Positions 9,550 to 20,416 of a DNA stretch of 64,000 nt are shown one piece after another. Position 1 is the first letter of the stretch, and each line of letters begins with the position of its first letter. Source of the stretch: an uncultured Bacteroidales bacterium (lineage in GTDB: Bacteria > Bacteroidota > Bacteroidia > Bacteroidales > VadinHA17); NCBI GenBank assembly GCA_963736735.1, contig CAVTPX010000004.1, forward strand, positions 51,941-115,940, read 5' to 3'. The notes beneath the pieces are model-generated. The model was not told where the DNA came from, searched no databases, and saw only the letters and a program-made list of their open reading frames with translations. The translations under genes were made by a program, and so were the position numbers.

Positions 9550-10926
9550 TTACCTCATGAACATTCTCACTATCCTTGTTTTAATTTTATTATACGGCGG
9601 ATAGCGAAGCCACATATCAAGCAGGTTCGACTTGACAAATACTGACCTGCAATTGGAGAAGGTTTCGAAGGTCTTCCTCCCGTGATAACGACCCATTCCG
9701 CTGGGACCAAGTCCACCGTAGGGCAGGTAAGGCGATGCTATCTGCATCACTGTATCATTGATTGCTGCAGTGCCCGACTGTGTGCGGGCAAGGAATTCAC
9801 GGGCCTTCTTTTTATTGGTTGTAAAAATATATATCGCTATGGGCTTGGGATTCCTCTCAATTATCGTGTATACCTCCTCCAGGTCATCGAAGTCTATCAC
9901 CGGCAAAACAGGTCCGAAGATCTCCTGCTCCATAACCGGATCGCCCGGCATAACATCACTGATCACAGTCGGAGCCACAAAACACATTTCAGGGTCAGTG
10001 ATTCCTCCTGTAACAATTACTCCTGAATTCATGAATCGTGACAGCCTCTTCACACCCTCAGGGTTTATTATCCTGGCAAAATCAGGGTTTTTCTCCGGAT
10101 TGTCACCGTAAAACTTATTAATCTCCTTTGCAAGCATTTCGAGAAAGCGCTTTTTTACCTTTCTGTCAACAAGCAGATAGTCAGGAGCAACGCATGTCTG
10201 ACCTGCATTGAGGAATTTCCCCCAGGCAATACGCCTTACGGCAAACTCCAGCTTTGCATCCGCCATAACCACGCAGGGGTTCTTTCCTCCCAGTTCCAGG
10301 GATACAGGCGTCAGGTTTGCAGCGGCTTTTTCCATAACATATTTCCCAACTGAGGTGCTGCCGGTGAAAAAGATATAGTCGAAGTTGTAACTTAAAAGAT
10401 GTTCGCTCACCGAATGATCACCTGTGATCACAGTGACAAGTTCGGAAGGGAAGTGACCCAGTAACTTTTCGATTACTTTATTTGTTTCCGGCACCTGCCG
10501 TGAGGTTTTGAGTACCACGCAATTGCCTGCAGCGATTGCTCCGATAAGTGGAAGAAAGGCAAGCTGGAAGGGAAAGTTCCATGGCGAGAGTATCAGGACC
10601 TGCCCGTATGGCTCGGGTGTCTTATAGCAGTGAGAAATAAAGTGTACAAGTGGTGTCCGGACACGTCGCGGACGTGTCCAGCTTTGGAACCTTCGAATAG
10701 CCAGGTTCAGCTCCTGCAGAACGAAACTGGTCTCTGTGGCAATCACTTCAAAGGGAGGCTTGTGGAAGTCTTTCCACATGGCAGCAATGATCTCTTCTTC
10801 ATGGCTTATAACCAGTGACCGCAGTTTTTTCAGGGTCTCAAGTCTGAGACTGTTGCTTCTCGTAGCACCGGTTGCAAAGTACCTGCGCTGGTTTTCAAGT
10901 ATTAAACTGATCTCTTCCTTTTCCAT
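9550..10926 (-). CDS. Aldehyde dehydrogenase (ALDH3-like)
   Basis: SPWNFP, FFTGS, LELGGKNPC, GQTCVAPDY, EIFGP. The likely start is MEKEEIS at 10926; the longer track ORF overlaps the upstream gene. Confidence 0.93.
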   Translation of the reverse strand: MEKEEISLILENQRRYFATGATRSNSLRLETLKKLRSLVISHEEEIIAAMWKDFHKPPFEVIATETSFVLQELNLAIRRFQSWTRPRRVRTPLVHFISHCYKTPEPYGQVLILSPWNFPFQLAFLPLIGAIAAGNCVVLKTSRQVPETNKVIEKLLGHFPSELVTVITGDHSVSEHLLSYNFDYIFFTGSTSVGKYVMEKAAANLTPVSLELGGKNPCVVMADAKLEFAVRRIAWGKFLNAGQTCVAPDYLLVDRKVKKRFLEMLAKEINKFYGDNPEKNPDFARIINPEGVKRLSRFMNSGVIVTGGITDPEMCFVAPTVISDVMPGDPVMEQEIFGPVLPVIDFDDLEEVYTIIERNPKPIAIYIFTTNKKKAREFLARTQSGTAAINDTVMQIASPYLPYGGLGPSGMGRYHGRKTFETFSNCRSVFVKSNLLDMWLRYPPYNKIKTRIVRMFMR

Positions 10927-12531
10927 TCCTCTTCGAGAAGTATAAGTTGTTCTGATAACTCCGTATTTTTGTTTCCATCTTTTGCCGGTATGCAACTCAT
11001 CGCATATTCGGCAACCGATGTTATTGTAAGGCTCGGGTTTACCCCAATATTTCCCTGGATAACAGATCCGTCGGTTATATAAAAATCCGGGTACCCGTGT
11101 ACTTTCAGTTCCCTGTCGACCACTCCGGTCTCCTGAGAGTCTGACATTGGGCATCCTCCAAGTATATGAGCCGTGGTCGGCCTGTCAAATAATACTTCGA
11201 GCAGGATATTCTGGGGTATCCCTGACACTTTCTTCGCGTACCTCTCCATAACCTCCTGGCCTATCGGAATGAATGCAGGTACCCTTTTGTGCCCCTGGTT
11301 CACGATTTTCATCCTGCCCCCGAATATATTGTTCTTCCAGTACCATTTTCATTGCATTGTCAACTGTCTGCATCACCAGGAAAATCACCATTGTGGTTGA
11401 CCATTTGAAGTTGAATACCGTTTTAAGGAAGAGCAGTGGGTGGGTTATGGTTTTCTTCAGTAATTTCAAGGTCCTGAGAACCGGGGTTGGAGCACCGCTG
11501 ACTGACAGACCGAAGAACCATTTCATTGCATTAGATCCGTCAGGATATTTTACAATTTCAACATGGGTGGAGGCATCGGGGCTGAAGACCGAGGTTATTG
11601 CGAGGCCGTTATTGAGTTTCCCCCTTGCGCCGGAGACGGCACAAAGTGTTTCTGAGTTTGTACGGAGTTCATAACCCAGCCTGTCGGAAAGCAGCGGCAG
11701 GGTGTTATACCTGTATTTCTGTTTAAGCAGCAGTTTCAGTGTGCCCAGAGCGCCGGCTGCCACAACGATTCCCCTGGCTGTGAATACTTTCCCCTTTCCC
11801 TTGAAAAAGGAGGTGACATGTTTAGTCTCTACCCGGTATAGGTTGTCGCTGAATGTGATCTTTTCCACCCTGGTCTCCGGCAGGATCTCCAGACCCATCT
11901 TTTCTGCGAACCACAGGTAGTTCATATCAAGGGTATTCTTCGCCTTCTCCCTGCATCCAACCATGCATCCTCCGCATTCGATGCACTTTTTCCGCGGAGG
12001 GCCAAACCCGCCAAAGTAAGGGTCACTCTCAGTTTCAGTTCCGTCGAGATTCACTCCCACATCCACCGAGTCGAATGTTCCCTGCCCGCCCATGTCTTTC
12101 GCCACCTCCCTCAGGATGAGGTCTTCGGCATTAAATTTTCCATATTTCTTCCTTCCCAGCATGAATGAAGCCCTTTCGTAAAATGGCTCAAGGATATTCT
12201 TCCAGTCGCCGTACTGCTTCCATTCATTATTGGCAAAGAATTCATCGGGTGGGATATAGAGGGTGTTGGCATATACGAGGCTTCCTCCTCCAACCCCTGT
12301 TCCGCTGAGGATGCTGGCAGTAGAAAAGAATGAGAGCTTCTGGAAGCCGTAGAAACGCAAAGCAGGCACCCAAAGGTATTTGGGAAGGTTCCAGTTTGTC
12401 TTCGGGAAGTCTTCGGGGCGGAAACGTTTGCCCTGTTCGATTGTCAGGACTCTGTAACCTTTTTCAACAAGTCGCAGACTTGCGACACTTCCGCCAAAGC
12501 CGGATCCGATAACGATGTAGTCATAAACCAT
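10902..12531 (-). CDS. GMC oxidoreductase, cholesterol oxidase (ChoD)-like; +1 frameshift near 11341
   Basis: IGSGFGGSV FAD-binding motif, GVGGGSLVYAN, CIECGGCMVGC, C-terminal TTAHILGG and GVNPSLTI. Confidence 0.85.
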
Positions 12532-12681
12532 CTGTATAATTATTTGCTTTTTGGGTCCGGGGATAAATATAGCAAGTCACGGGCATATTCCTGTAACCCG
12601 AAACTGCTACATCAGAAAAAATGCATAATTTTTAAAATATATTTCACCGATGTTCGTCTATGCAATTAAAGACCCCGGTTA

Positions 12682-13242
12682 ATGAGTCCCAATGAGTCAG
12701 AAAAAATAGGAGCTGTTTATAATGGCGAGCGGAAACGTCTGCTTGGCTACATTAAGAACAGGATCCCCGTCAGGGTGGAGGCGGAAGATATTCTGCAGGA
12801 TGTCTTCTACCAGCTTACAGTCGGTTTCCGGGATATAAAGCGGATTGAGAGTCTTACAGCATGGCTCTACAAGGTGGCTGACAACCGCATCACCGACCAT
12901 TACCGAAAAAAGGTGCCCGAAAGAGTCAGCTACCACGGAAATGCTGCCGAAGATGAAGACGGAATGCTCTCACTTGAAGAGATACTACCGTCGCTGGGAA
13001 CGACACCCGGCGATGAAGAGATAAAGGAGATGATATGGGAAACCATAGAAGATACACTCGCGGAGTTGCCGAAAGAGCAAAGCAGTGTTTTTGTTGCCAC
13101 TGAATTTGAGGACAGGAGTTTCAAAGAGATATCTGAAAGTACCGGTACAGGAGTAAATACTCTTATCTCAAGGAAACGGTATGCTGTTCTTGCGCTCAGG
13201 GAGAGGCTGAATGAATTGTATGAACTGTTAAAAAATAACTAG
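12682..13242 (+). CDS. ECF-type RNA polymerase sigma factor
   Basis: AEDILQDVF, AWLYKVADNRITDHYR (region 2); SFKEISESTGTGVNTLISRKRYA (region 4). Confidence 0.92.
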   Translation: MSPNESEKIGAVYNGERKRLLGYIKNRIPVRVEAEDILQDVFYQLTVGFRDIKRIESLTAWLYKVADNRITDHYRKKVPERVSYHGNAAEDEDGMLSLEEILPSLGTTPGDEEIKEMIWETIEDTLAELPKEQSSVFVATEFEDRSFKEISESTGTGVNTLISRKRYAVLALRERLNELYELLKNN

Positions 13243-13243
13243 C

Positions 13244-13543
13244 ATGAAAACATTAAGAGTATTAAAGTATGTAGGATTTGGAATACTGGGTGCAGGTTTC
13301 ATAGTGTTGGTGGTGTTTGGTGTCATGGCACTCTGGAACTGGCTGATTCCGGATTTATTTAACGGACCTGTCCTGACCTTCTGGCAGACAGCCGGATTGT
13401 TCCTCCTGTCAAAGATATTGCTAACGGGTGTTGCCCCGGGCTCGCCAAGTCACAGCAGGAAGAGCTGGAGGAGCAAATATCAGGGGAAATACGGACATGT
13501 CCATTGCGGAGATGAGAAGGTGGTCACTGCAGACCAGGAATAA
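13244..13543 (+). CDS. Small membrane protein downstream of the ECF sigma factor (possible anti-sigma)
   Basis: Two hydrophobic helices with MALWNWLIPDLFNGPVLTFWQ; starts 1 nt after the sigma stop. Confidence 0.7.
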   Translation: MKTLRVLKYVGFGILGAGFIVLVVFGVMALWNWLIPDLFNGPVLTFWQTAGLFLLSKILLTGVAPGSPSHSRKSWRSKYQGKYGHVHCGDEKVVTADQE

Positions 13544-13549
13544 AAGTAA

Positions 13550-13582
13550 GAGGCTGCCCATTTTTAGGCAGCCTCCTTTTTT
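13550..13582 (+). terminator. Intrinsic terminator between convergent genes
   Basis: GAGGCTGCC...GGCAGCCTC followed by TTTTTT. Confidence 0.8.
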
Positions 13583-13636
13583 CGGTCAGAAAAACTCATT
13601 CCCGTTTTAGGCGACGTTGCTTCCGTCCAATCGGGG

Positions 13637-15784
13637 TCAATTGTTGAGGCCCATTTCCTTCAACAGGAATCCTGCCTTCCCAAATTTTTCTGTTATGAAG
13701 AGGACATATCTGAAATCAACCGCTATGCAACGCTGGAGACTGTAGTCATATTGCCAGTTGCTTGTCATGGCTTCCCAGTTGCCATCGAAAGCGATGCCGA
13801 TTATCTCTCCCCGGGCGTTCATGACAGGACTGCCGCTGTTGCCTCCCGTGATATCGCACTGGTTCAGAAAGGCAACAGGTACATCTTTAAGTTCCGGGTC
13901 AATCCATCTGCCCAGATCTTTTGTTTCCGATAGTTTTACAAGTTCCGACGGCGCATCAAATGGCTCTTCGCCAGTGTTTTTTTCGATTACGCCAGCAAGT
14001 GTTGTAAAGGGGGAATACAATACTGCATCTGCCGGTTTGTAACCTTTTACGGGTCCCCACGTGAACCTTATGGTGCCGCTGGCATCGGGGTAGAGTGCAG
14101 ATCCTTTCCAGTCGTATAAGGCTTCCAGGTAGTCTTTTCTCAAAGCCGTAACACTGGCACCAAAAGACCGGCTGTTTTCCGCGATCTCCTCAGACATCGG
14201 GTATATGCCTGCAGCTATCATTATAAAAGGATCTCCTGTCTTTTCGATCTCCGCTACCGGCTTGCCAATGAGGCTCCTGGCGAATTCAGGATCTTTCATC
14301 CTGGAGGAAAGATAGGCGTCTTCAACCCACTCTTCAGTTGTAATATCCTTTGTGTCAAAAATGAAATCGAGGCCTGTGATACGCTGATCAGCAGGAAGAG
14401 CCTCCGCCATCTTCAGCACTCTCAGCAGCATAGCTTTATCCACGGGTTCATAATAGTCGTTGTAATTGTAACTCAGACCTTCAGAAAATTCCTTCAATGC
14501 CTCCTCAGTCAGCCCGGGTTGTCTCTGATCTTCAGGCTTCTCCAGTTCTTTGGCAATATAGTAAACCTGGCTGGCAACCCCTGCCATGGTGCCTGCAAGA
14601 CCCGTGGAGTATATGAAAACATTGTCCCTGTCATTGTTTTGGCAAGCAGGTCATATTGCTTGTTTTTCCCTGGCAAGGATATCAGAATACTTGGATTTTC
14701 TCTCCGGGGTACTGTTTGCCCAGGCCATATACTCTTTTTCGAAATCAAGCTTTTTCTGAAGAAAATGAGTCTTTTTCATTCCCTCGATGTTGCCCTCATA
14801 GTTTTTCATTGCATTGGCAAGGCCTTTTACAAGGCTGGCAACTTTCAGCTCACCGGCAGGATCATTTTTTGTGAGATCCTCACACAATGCAATTACCTCC
14901 CTGAAGTTGCTCACTGAAAATGGATAATTCCGGTCAAGGTTCCATGCTACAGAGTTTGAGGACCGGTATCGGGTTGTGAAACCGGGATAACCGATTATGA
15001 AGTTGAAGTCTCCTTCATCAAGGTCACCCTGTGCAGGTTTCAGCCATACTTCCGGTTTGTAGGGGACATTCGTGGCGCTGTACTCAGTGCCCTTGCCCTC
15101 AGGGCTTACATAGACCCTCATGAATGAAAAGTCACCAGTATGCCTGGGCCACATCCAGTTATCAATCTCCCCGCCATAATTTCCGATGGACAGGGGAGGT
15201 GAATAGACAATCCGGATATCCCTGAAGACCTTATAGGTGTACATTATATACTGCTTTCCTTCAAAAAGTGAGACCACCTCCGCTTCACTGTCGCTCTCCT
15301 TTTCTTTAACCGGCTCCGTCAGTGATGCGATTTTCCCGTTCACTTTCCTCTCTTTTTCCACAGGGTCAGTGACATCTTTTAACCCGGAGAGCACTTCAGC
15401 GGTCACATCTTTCATTTCAAGCATCAGACGTGCCTGGTAACCGGGAGCGCTGATCTCGGCAGTGCGTTCTGTCGCCAGAAATCCATTGGAGAGATAGTCA
15501 CTGCTTGTGCTTGAGGCTCTCTGGAGCGCAGTATAGGCCACATGATGATTGGTCACAACCAATCCCTCAGGTGATACGAACGATGCTGAGCCACCACCAA
15601 GCTGGAGGATGGCATCTGCAATACACGGTTTGTCAGGACTGTAGATCTTTTCCACCGGGATCATCAGTCCTTTTTTTGCAAGATCAAGTTGTCCGAGTTG
15701 TGTAAGCATCCACATTCCCTCCTGGGCAGCAGATGGGAGGATTGTAATTACACAAATGGATAAGAAAATCAGTACCTTTTTCAT
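13637..15784 (-). CDS. S46 family dipeptidyl peptidase (DPP7/DPP11-like); interrupted by two apparently compensating indels at ~14630-14660
   Basis: QEGMW, TNHHVA, DNWMWPRHTGDFS, DITGGNSGSPV, GIAFDGNWE. The two track ORFs share a frame and are bridged by QYDLLAKT in a shifted frame. Confidence 0.9.
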
Positions 15785-15890
15785 GACGCTTGATTTAAGT
15801 TAAGAAACCAAACTTCCCGGCAACCGGGGATTTCAGGAGTAATTCATTCAAAGGTATGAAGAATTGCACCTGAAGTCAAGGGGGAAAGGA

Positions 15891-15950
15891 CGGAAGGTCT
15901 GATCCGCCATTGGGCGGACAAGGGTCTGAAGGTCTGAAGTCCTGAAGGTC
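15891..15950 (+). repeat. GGTCTGAA 8-mer repeat with embedded TCCGCC-N4-GGCGGA hairpin
   Basis: ggtctgatccgccattgggcggacaagggtctgaaggtctgaagtcctgaaggtc; same layout on the minus strand at 23446-23512. Confidence 0.75.
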
Positions 15951-16058
15951 GTGCGGGCTGGGGTTAGGATAATTATTTCAGGACCGAAGTTTCGTTTTTA
16001 TGGAACAATTCAATTATTTTTAAGTCTTTATTATATACCCTATCTTAAAACCCGCATT

Positions 16059-17742
16059 ATGAATTACCGGAATTACCTGAGGAGAATGAGCGCAGGATTC
16101 TTCTTCACAGCAACTTTATTGTTGCTCATGTCAACTGCCGCAAACTCACAGAACCTTAACCCAAAACAGATGACAGCAGAACTTGACCGGATGCTGTCAG
16201 AGCAGTTTAAGCCCGGAGAGCCGGGCTGTGCAGCCCTTGTCGCCGTAAAAGGTCAGATCATATATAAAAAGGCTTTCGGCATGGCGAACATAGAGCTTGA
16301 TGTGCCGATGCAGCCCGACAATGTCTTCAGGATCGGCTCCATTACAAAACAGTTCACAGCAGTGGCCATACTGCAGTTATTGGAACAGGGCAAGCTGAAG
16401 CTTGATGACGAGATCACAAAATTCATTCCTGATTACCCTACTAACGGGCATATTATAACAATTGAACACCTTCTGACACATACTTCAGGAATAAAAAGCT
16501 ATACAAATGTCAAGGAATTTGGCAAGCTCAGCCGCACCGATATGAAACCTGAGGAGGTGGTTGATCTCATCAAATCGCAACCAATGGAATTTGCCCCGGG
16601 AACGAAATGGAATTATAACAATTCGGGCTATTTTCTTCTCGGTTATATAATCGAAAAAATTACCGGAAAGACTTACCAGGAATATATTGAAGAAAACATC
16701 TTCAAGCCTGTCGGAATGACCGGATCACTTTACGGCAATGATATTACTATAGTAAAGAAGCGTGCTTCCGGATACGGCCCGGGAAAGGATGGAGTTGTGA
16801 ATGCCGAATTCCTGAGTATGCTCCTGCCATATGCGGCAGGTTCCATACAGTCGACTGTGGAGGACCTGTTTAAATGGAACCAGGCGCTGCACTCTTACAA
16901 ACTTGTGAAGAAGGAGACTCTTGACATGGCATTCAGGGAGTATAAGCTGGTGAACGGAAAAGGTACCTCATACGGTTACGGATGGTTCCTTAGCGGACTG
17001 CAGGGAAGTCCCACAATAGAACACGGTGGCGGCATAAACGGATTCCTGACAAATGCAATCTACCTGCCGCAGGAAGATGTTTTCGTGGCACTTTTTACAA
17101 ACAGAACAACAAAAGCACCGGACTTCACATCCCAAAAAATGGCAGCACTTGCAATAGGAAAGCCATTTATAATAGATAAGGTTACCCTTACTGAAGCCGA
17201 ACTGGACGAATTTACCGGGATTTATACCGATGAGGAAGAGAAGGAGGTGACTGTTTCACGGGAGGGCGCAGATTTGTTTGTAATGAGATCAGGCGGCCAG
17301 GGAAGAAAAATAATCGCGGCTGGAAAAGACAAATTTTACTTCGAGGAGTCATTCACCTCAGCCACCTTCAAAAGGGATGCTTCCGGCAAGATTGTTTCTG
17401 CATTGTATGACGACAGGGGCAAGACATTCACGATTAAGAGGACCGGCAAGGAGTTGAAGGAGAAGGCTGCATTAAGTGTCTCTGAAACATTGCTGCAGGA
17501 ATATGCAGGCGAATATGAAATTCAGCAGGGCTTTACAATTACGGTTTCAGCCGGAAGGTACCCGACTCTTTGCGCAGGCAACAGGGCAGGGAAAGTTCGA
17601 GCTCTTTGCCGAGAGCGAATCGAAATTCTACCTTAAGGTTGTGGATGCACAGCTTGCTTTTTTCCGCGATGACACCGGAAAAGTATCAAAGATCATTCTC
17701 TACCAGGGCGGACGTGAAATGGAGGGAAAGAAGATTAAATAG
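16059..17742 (+). CDS. Serine hydrolase (beta-lactamase/S12 family) with C-terminal DUF3471-like domains; +1 frameshift near 17551
   Basis: GSITK (SxxK), LLTHTSG, YNN (YxN), HGGG; repeated C-terminal YxGxY domains. Confidence 0.88.
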
Positions 17743-17768
17743 GCTTCAGTGTGCAAGGGTTAAAAAAT

Positions 17769-17796
17769 AAGGGCTGCCTCTTTCGGGGCAGCCCTT
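17769..17796. terminator. Hairpin terminator between convergent genes
   Basis: AAGGGCTGCCTC-TTTC-GGGGCAGCCCTT with an A-rich left flank (a T-tract on the minus strand). Confidence 0.75.
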
Positions 17797-17853
17797 CCTG
17801 TTCCGGAAAATTATTCCGGTTGCTGTGTTAACCTGATTCTATTTTATTAACTG

Positions 17854-18841
17854 TTACTTAACAACTTCAACTACAGCATATTTGGATATTTTCCAGAATT
17901 CTGCCGGATCTTTGATCTCAATGTAAGCAACCAGGTTTTCTGACTCCTGTACAATCGCGTATGATCCTGAGGGATGTTCTGTGATAAGCTTTGCATCTTT
18001 CGAATTTACGGGTATGGTTTTCATCTGTGTGATGTCCACCTGTGCAAACAGCGAATCAATGAAATCTTCAGTAAGGGTCTCCGTCCGTCCAAGTCCTAAG
18101 AAGCCTCCCTCTTTGGAGACAAGGCCCTTTTCCTTCAGGTCTTTGAAGGTTCCTGTGGCAAGCCATGCTGTGTTCATCTCACTTACCTGTTCCCCGATGG
18201 TCTCAGTCTGCTGAGCTACTGTTGTCTGCAGTTCGCTGGCGAGAACATTGAGGTTGCCAATCTCGAGATCTTTCTCGGTAAGTGTTGCCTTCATTGCAGT
18301 AATTTCATTCTCGCTCACAATAATCTTTAGCTTCAAGAGTTGCGATCATTTCCTTCAATCCCTTGATCTCTCTGCCTGAATTTCTCATCTGGGCATTCAG
18401 TGATGCAAGTTTTTTCCTGTTGTCCTCGAGTAAAGTATTTATGGCACTTATATCCTGCATGATCTGCTCTTTCCTTGCCTGAGTAAATTCCACACCTGAG
18501 GAGGAGTTGACAGTGATCAGATTTTCCTTTTCCTTAATTGTATTAAGACCTTTCTGAACCTGATCAAAAGTCTGCAGCCAGTCGTTGAGCGTTGAATCGC
18601 GAACCACAAGCTGATCTGTGAAAGCATTTCTCTCTGTCTCCATCAGTGTAACCTGGCTGACATATGCTTTTTTATAGTGCGAGTATGAGAATATTCCGGC
18701 AGTTATTACCACCAGCAGAATAATGATTGCGGCGGTGAATGCTCCTTTGTTCCGGCCTTCTTTCCTTGCTTTTTCAAGGTCAACGAACGGGGGTTTTTCT
18801 CCTCCTGTGTAGCTGCGGCCACTAATGTCTTCATTTTTCAT
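17854..18841 (-). CDS. Membrane-anchored coiled-coil protein; +1 frameshift near 18327
   Basis: N-terminal TM helix, long heptad region, C-terminal GTFKDLKEKGLV..GGFLGLG..KLITEHPSGSY..DPAEFWKISKY domain of a type seen in Bacteroidota. Confidence 0.75.
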
Positions 18842-18929
18842 AATTTGTTCCTCCTTTAATTGTTATGTGATCTGGATTATTAATTTTATTTCAAGCTCTG
18901 GCTGTTAAAAACAGTCCGAATACCGTATT

Positions 18930-18944
18930 TCAAAGGTTGTGCCT
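18930..18944 (-). promoter_or_regulatory. Candidate sigma54 promoter (AGGCACAACCTTTGA)
   Basis: GG-N10-GA spacing, upstream of 18841 and next to a sigma54 activator gene. Confidence 0.55.
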
Positions 18945-19008
18945 GAAATGTACTAATCCTTAAGAGCCTTATATAAAGGAGGTTAGAATTTTGGCGTAAA
19001 GCAGATAT

Positions 19009-19043
19009 TGTTCAATATGGAAAAATGATTCTCATTTTGAGAA
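19009..19043. promoter_or_regulatory. Candidate enhancer (UAS): TTCTCATTTTGAGAA (19029-19043) plus a weaker site at 19009-19023
   Basis: The same 15-mer occurs inverted at 23416-23430; both lie ~90-110 bp upstream of candidate -24/-12 promoters. Confidence 0.55.
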
Positions 19044-19063
19044 AACAGAGAGGACCCTGGTGC

Positions 19064-20416
19064 CTATTTACTTTTGGCTTCCTTCATCAGACGGTAGATA
19101 GTCGAGACGCCAATATCGAGTTTTTCAGCTACCAGCCTGATATCATTTTTATATTTAGACAGGTAGGCCTTTATGATCTTCATCTCATAATCACGCATTG
19201 TGAGTTCCTCGCCTGAAACGAAGGAGGCCGGGCTGCCAGGGTCAAGAACCAGGTCAGCCGGTTCGATAACCGTCCCATCACATAGCGTGACAGCAAGTTC
19301 AATTACTGATTTCAGTTCTCTTATATTTCCGGGAAAGCGATATGACATCAGCTGTTTCTGTGAAGCCGGTGACAGTTTCTTCAGCGGTATTCCGTTTTCA
19401 TTGCAGAACTGCCCGACAAAATGAACGGCCAGGATCAGAATATCCTTTTCACGTTCGCGCAGCGGAGGAAGCTCAATAGGCAGTCCGAGAAGCCTGTAGT
19501 AGAGGTCTTCCCTGAAGTTGCCCCTGTTCACCTCCTCCTTCAGGTTTTTATTTGTTGCCACGATGATCCGGCAGTCGGTCTTCACAGCCTTGTTGCTGCC
19601 GATGCGGACTATCTCCTTCTCCTGCAATGCACGGAGGAGCTTTGACTGGAGGCTCATTTCCATTTCTCCTATCTCATCGAGGAAAAGAGTCCCGCCGTCA
19701 GCTTCTTCGAATCTTCCCGTCCGTCTGGCCGTAGCGCCTGTGAAGGAACCTTTCTCATGGCCGAACAGTTCGCTTTCTATTAATTCCGAAGGTATGGCTG
19801 CAATATTCACCGGGACAAAAGATCCGTCCCTGCGCTTCGAGTTGTAATGAATAGCTTTTGCCACAAGCTCTTTACCCGTACCTGTTTCTCCCGTGATTGT
19901 CACAGAGATGTTAGTGTTCAGGGCTTTGTCAATAAGTCCGAAGACGGCTTTTATTGCAGCACTTTCACCCAGGATGCTCTGCCGGAAGGTGTACTTCTTC
20001 TGTATCTCCCTGCGCAGTGAGGAAATCTCATTTTTCATCCCGATGCCATTCCGGATATTCTGAACCGTGATATGGAGACGTTCCTTGATGTCGTTTGACT
20101 TGGCAATGTAGTCATACACACCTTCCCTGAGCAGGGTCACTACCGTTTCTATGTCTTCCTGTTCGGAAATAAGTATCACGCTCACCTCACTGTTCACCTC
20201 GCGTATTTTGCGCAGTACCTCCAGGCCCGTCATGTCGGGTAAACGGTAGTCAAGCGTGATTATATCAGGCGATTCATGAAGGGAGCCCAGGAACTCTTTA
20301 CCGTTGTGAAAACCCTTAACCTCATAGTCGGGATTCAATGATAGCGTATGTACGAGGAGCCTGTTATACCATTCATTGTCTTCAACGACAAATATTTTCA
20401 ACGGAGCGTCAGTCAT
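19064..20416 (-). CDS. Sigma54-dependent response regulator (NtrC family: REC, AAA+, Fis-HTH)
   Basis: REC LDYRLPD; GETGTGKE; ELFGHEKGSFTGA; LFLDEIGE; FREDLYYRL; FPGNIREL; C-terminal HTH. Confidence 0.95.
   Translation of the reverse strand: MTDAPLKIFVVEDNEWYNRLLVHTLSLNPDYEVKGFHNGKEFLGSLHESPDIITLDYRLPDMTGLEVLRKIREVNSEVSVILISEQEDIETVVTLLREGVYDYIAKSNDIKERLHITVQNIRNGIGMKNEISSLRREIQKKYTFRQSILGESAAIKAVFGLIDKALNTNISVTITGETGTGKELVAKAIHYNSKRRDGSFVPVNIAAIPSELIESELFGHEKGSFTGATARRTGRFEEADGGTLFLDEIGEMEMSLQSKLLRALQEKEIVRIGSNKAVKTDCRIIVATNKNLKEEVNRGNFREDLYYRLLGLPIELPPLREREKDILILAVHFVGQFCNENGIPLKKLSPASQKQLMSYRFPGNIRELKSVIELAVTLCDGTVIEPADLVLDPGSPASFVSGEELTMRDYEMKIIKAYLSKYKNDIRLVAEKLDIGVSTIYRLMKEAKSK

Noticed and set aside
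10927-11154. N-terminal extension of the aldehyde dehydrogenase ORF
   Set aside because: It overlaps the conserved C-terminus of the GMC oxidoreductase in another frame; ALDH-like sequence begins at MEKEEIS (10926).
14587-14660. In-frame TGA readthrough or selenocysteine in the S46 peptidase
   Set aside because: The two ORFs share a frame, but a +1/-1 indel pair giving QYDLLAKT explains the stop more simply in a window full of indels. S46 enzymes are serine peptidases with no known Sec.
16059-17742. Beta-lactam resistance gene
   Set aside because: The SxxK/YxN/HGG motifs with DUF3471-like domains fit the broad S12 serine hydrolase family; beta-lactamase activity cannot be inferred.
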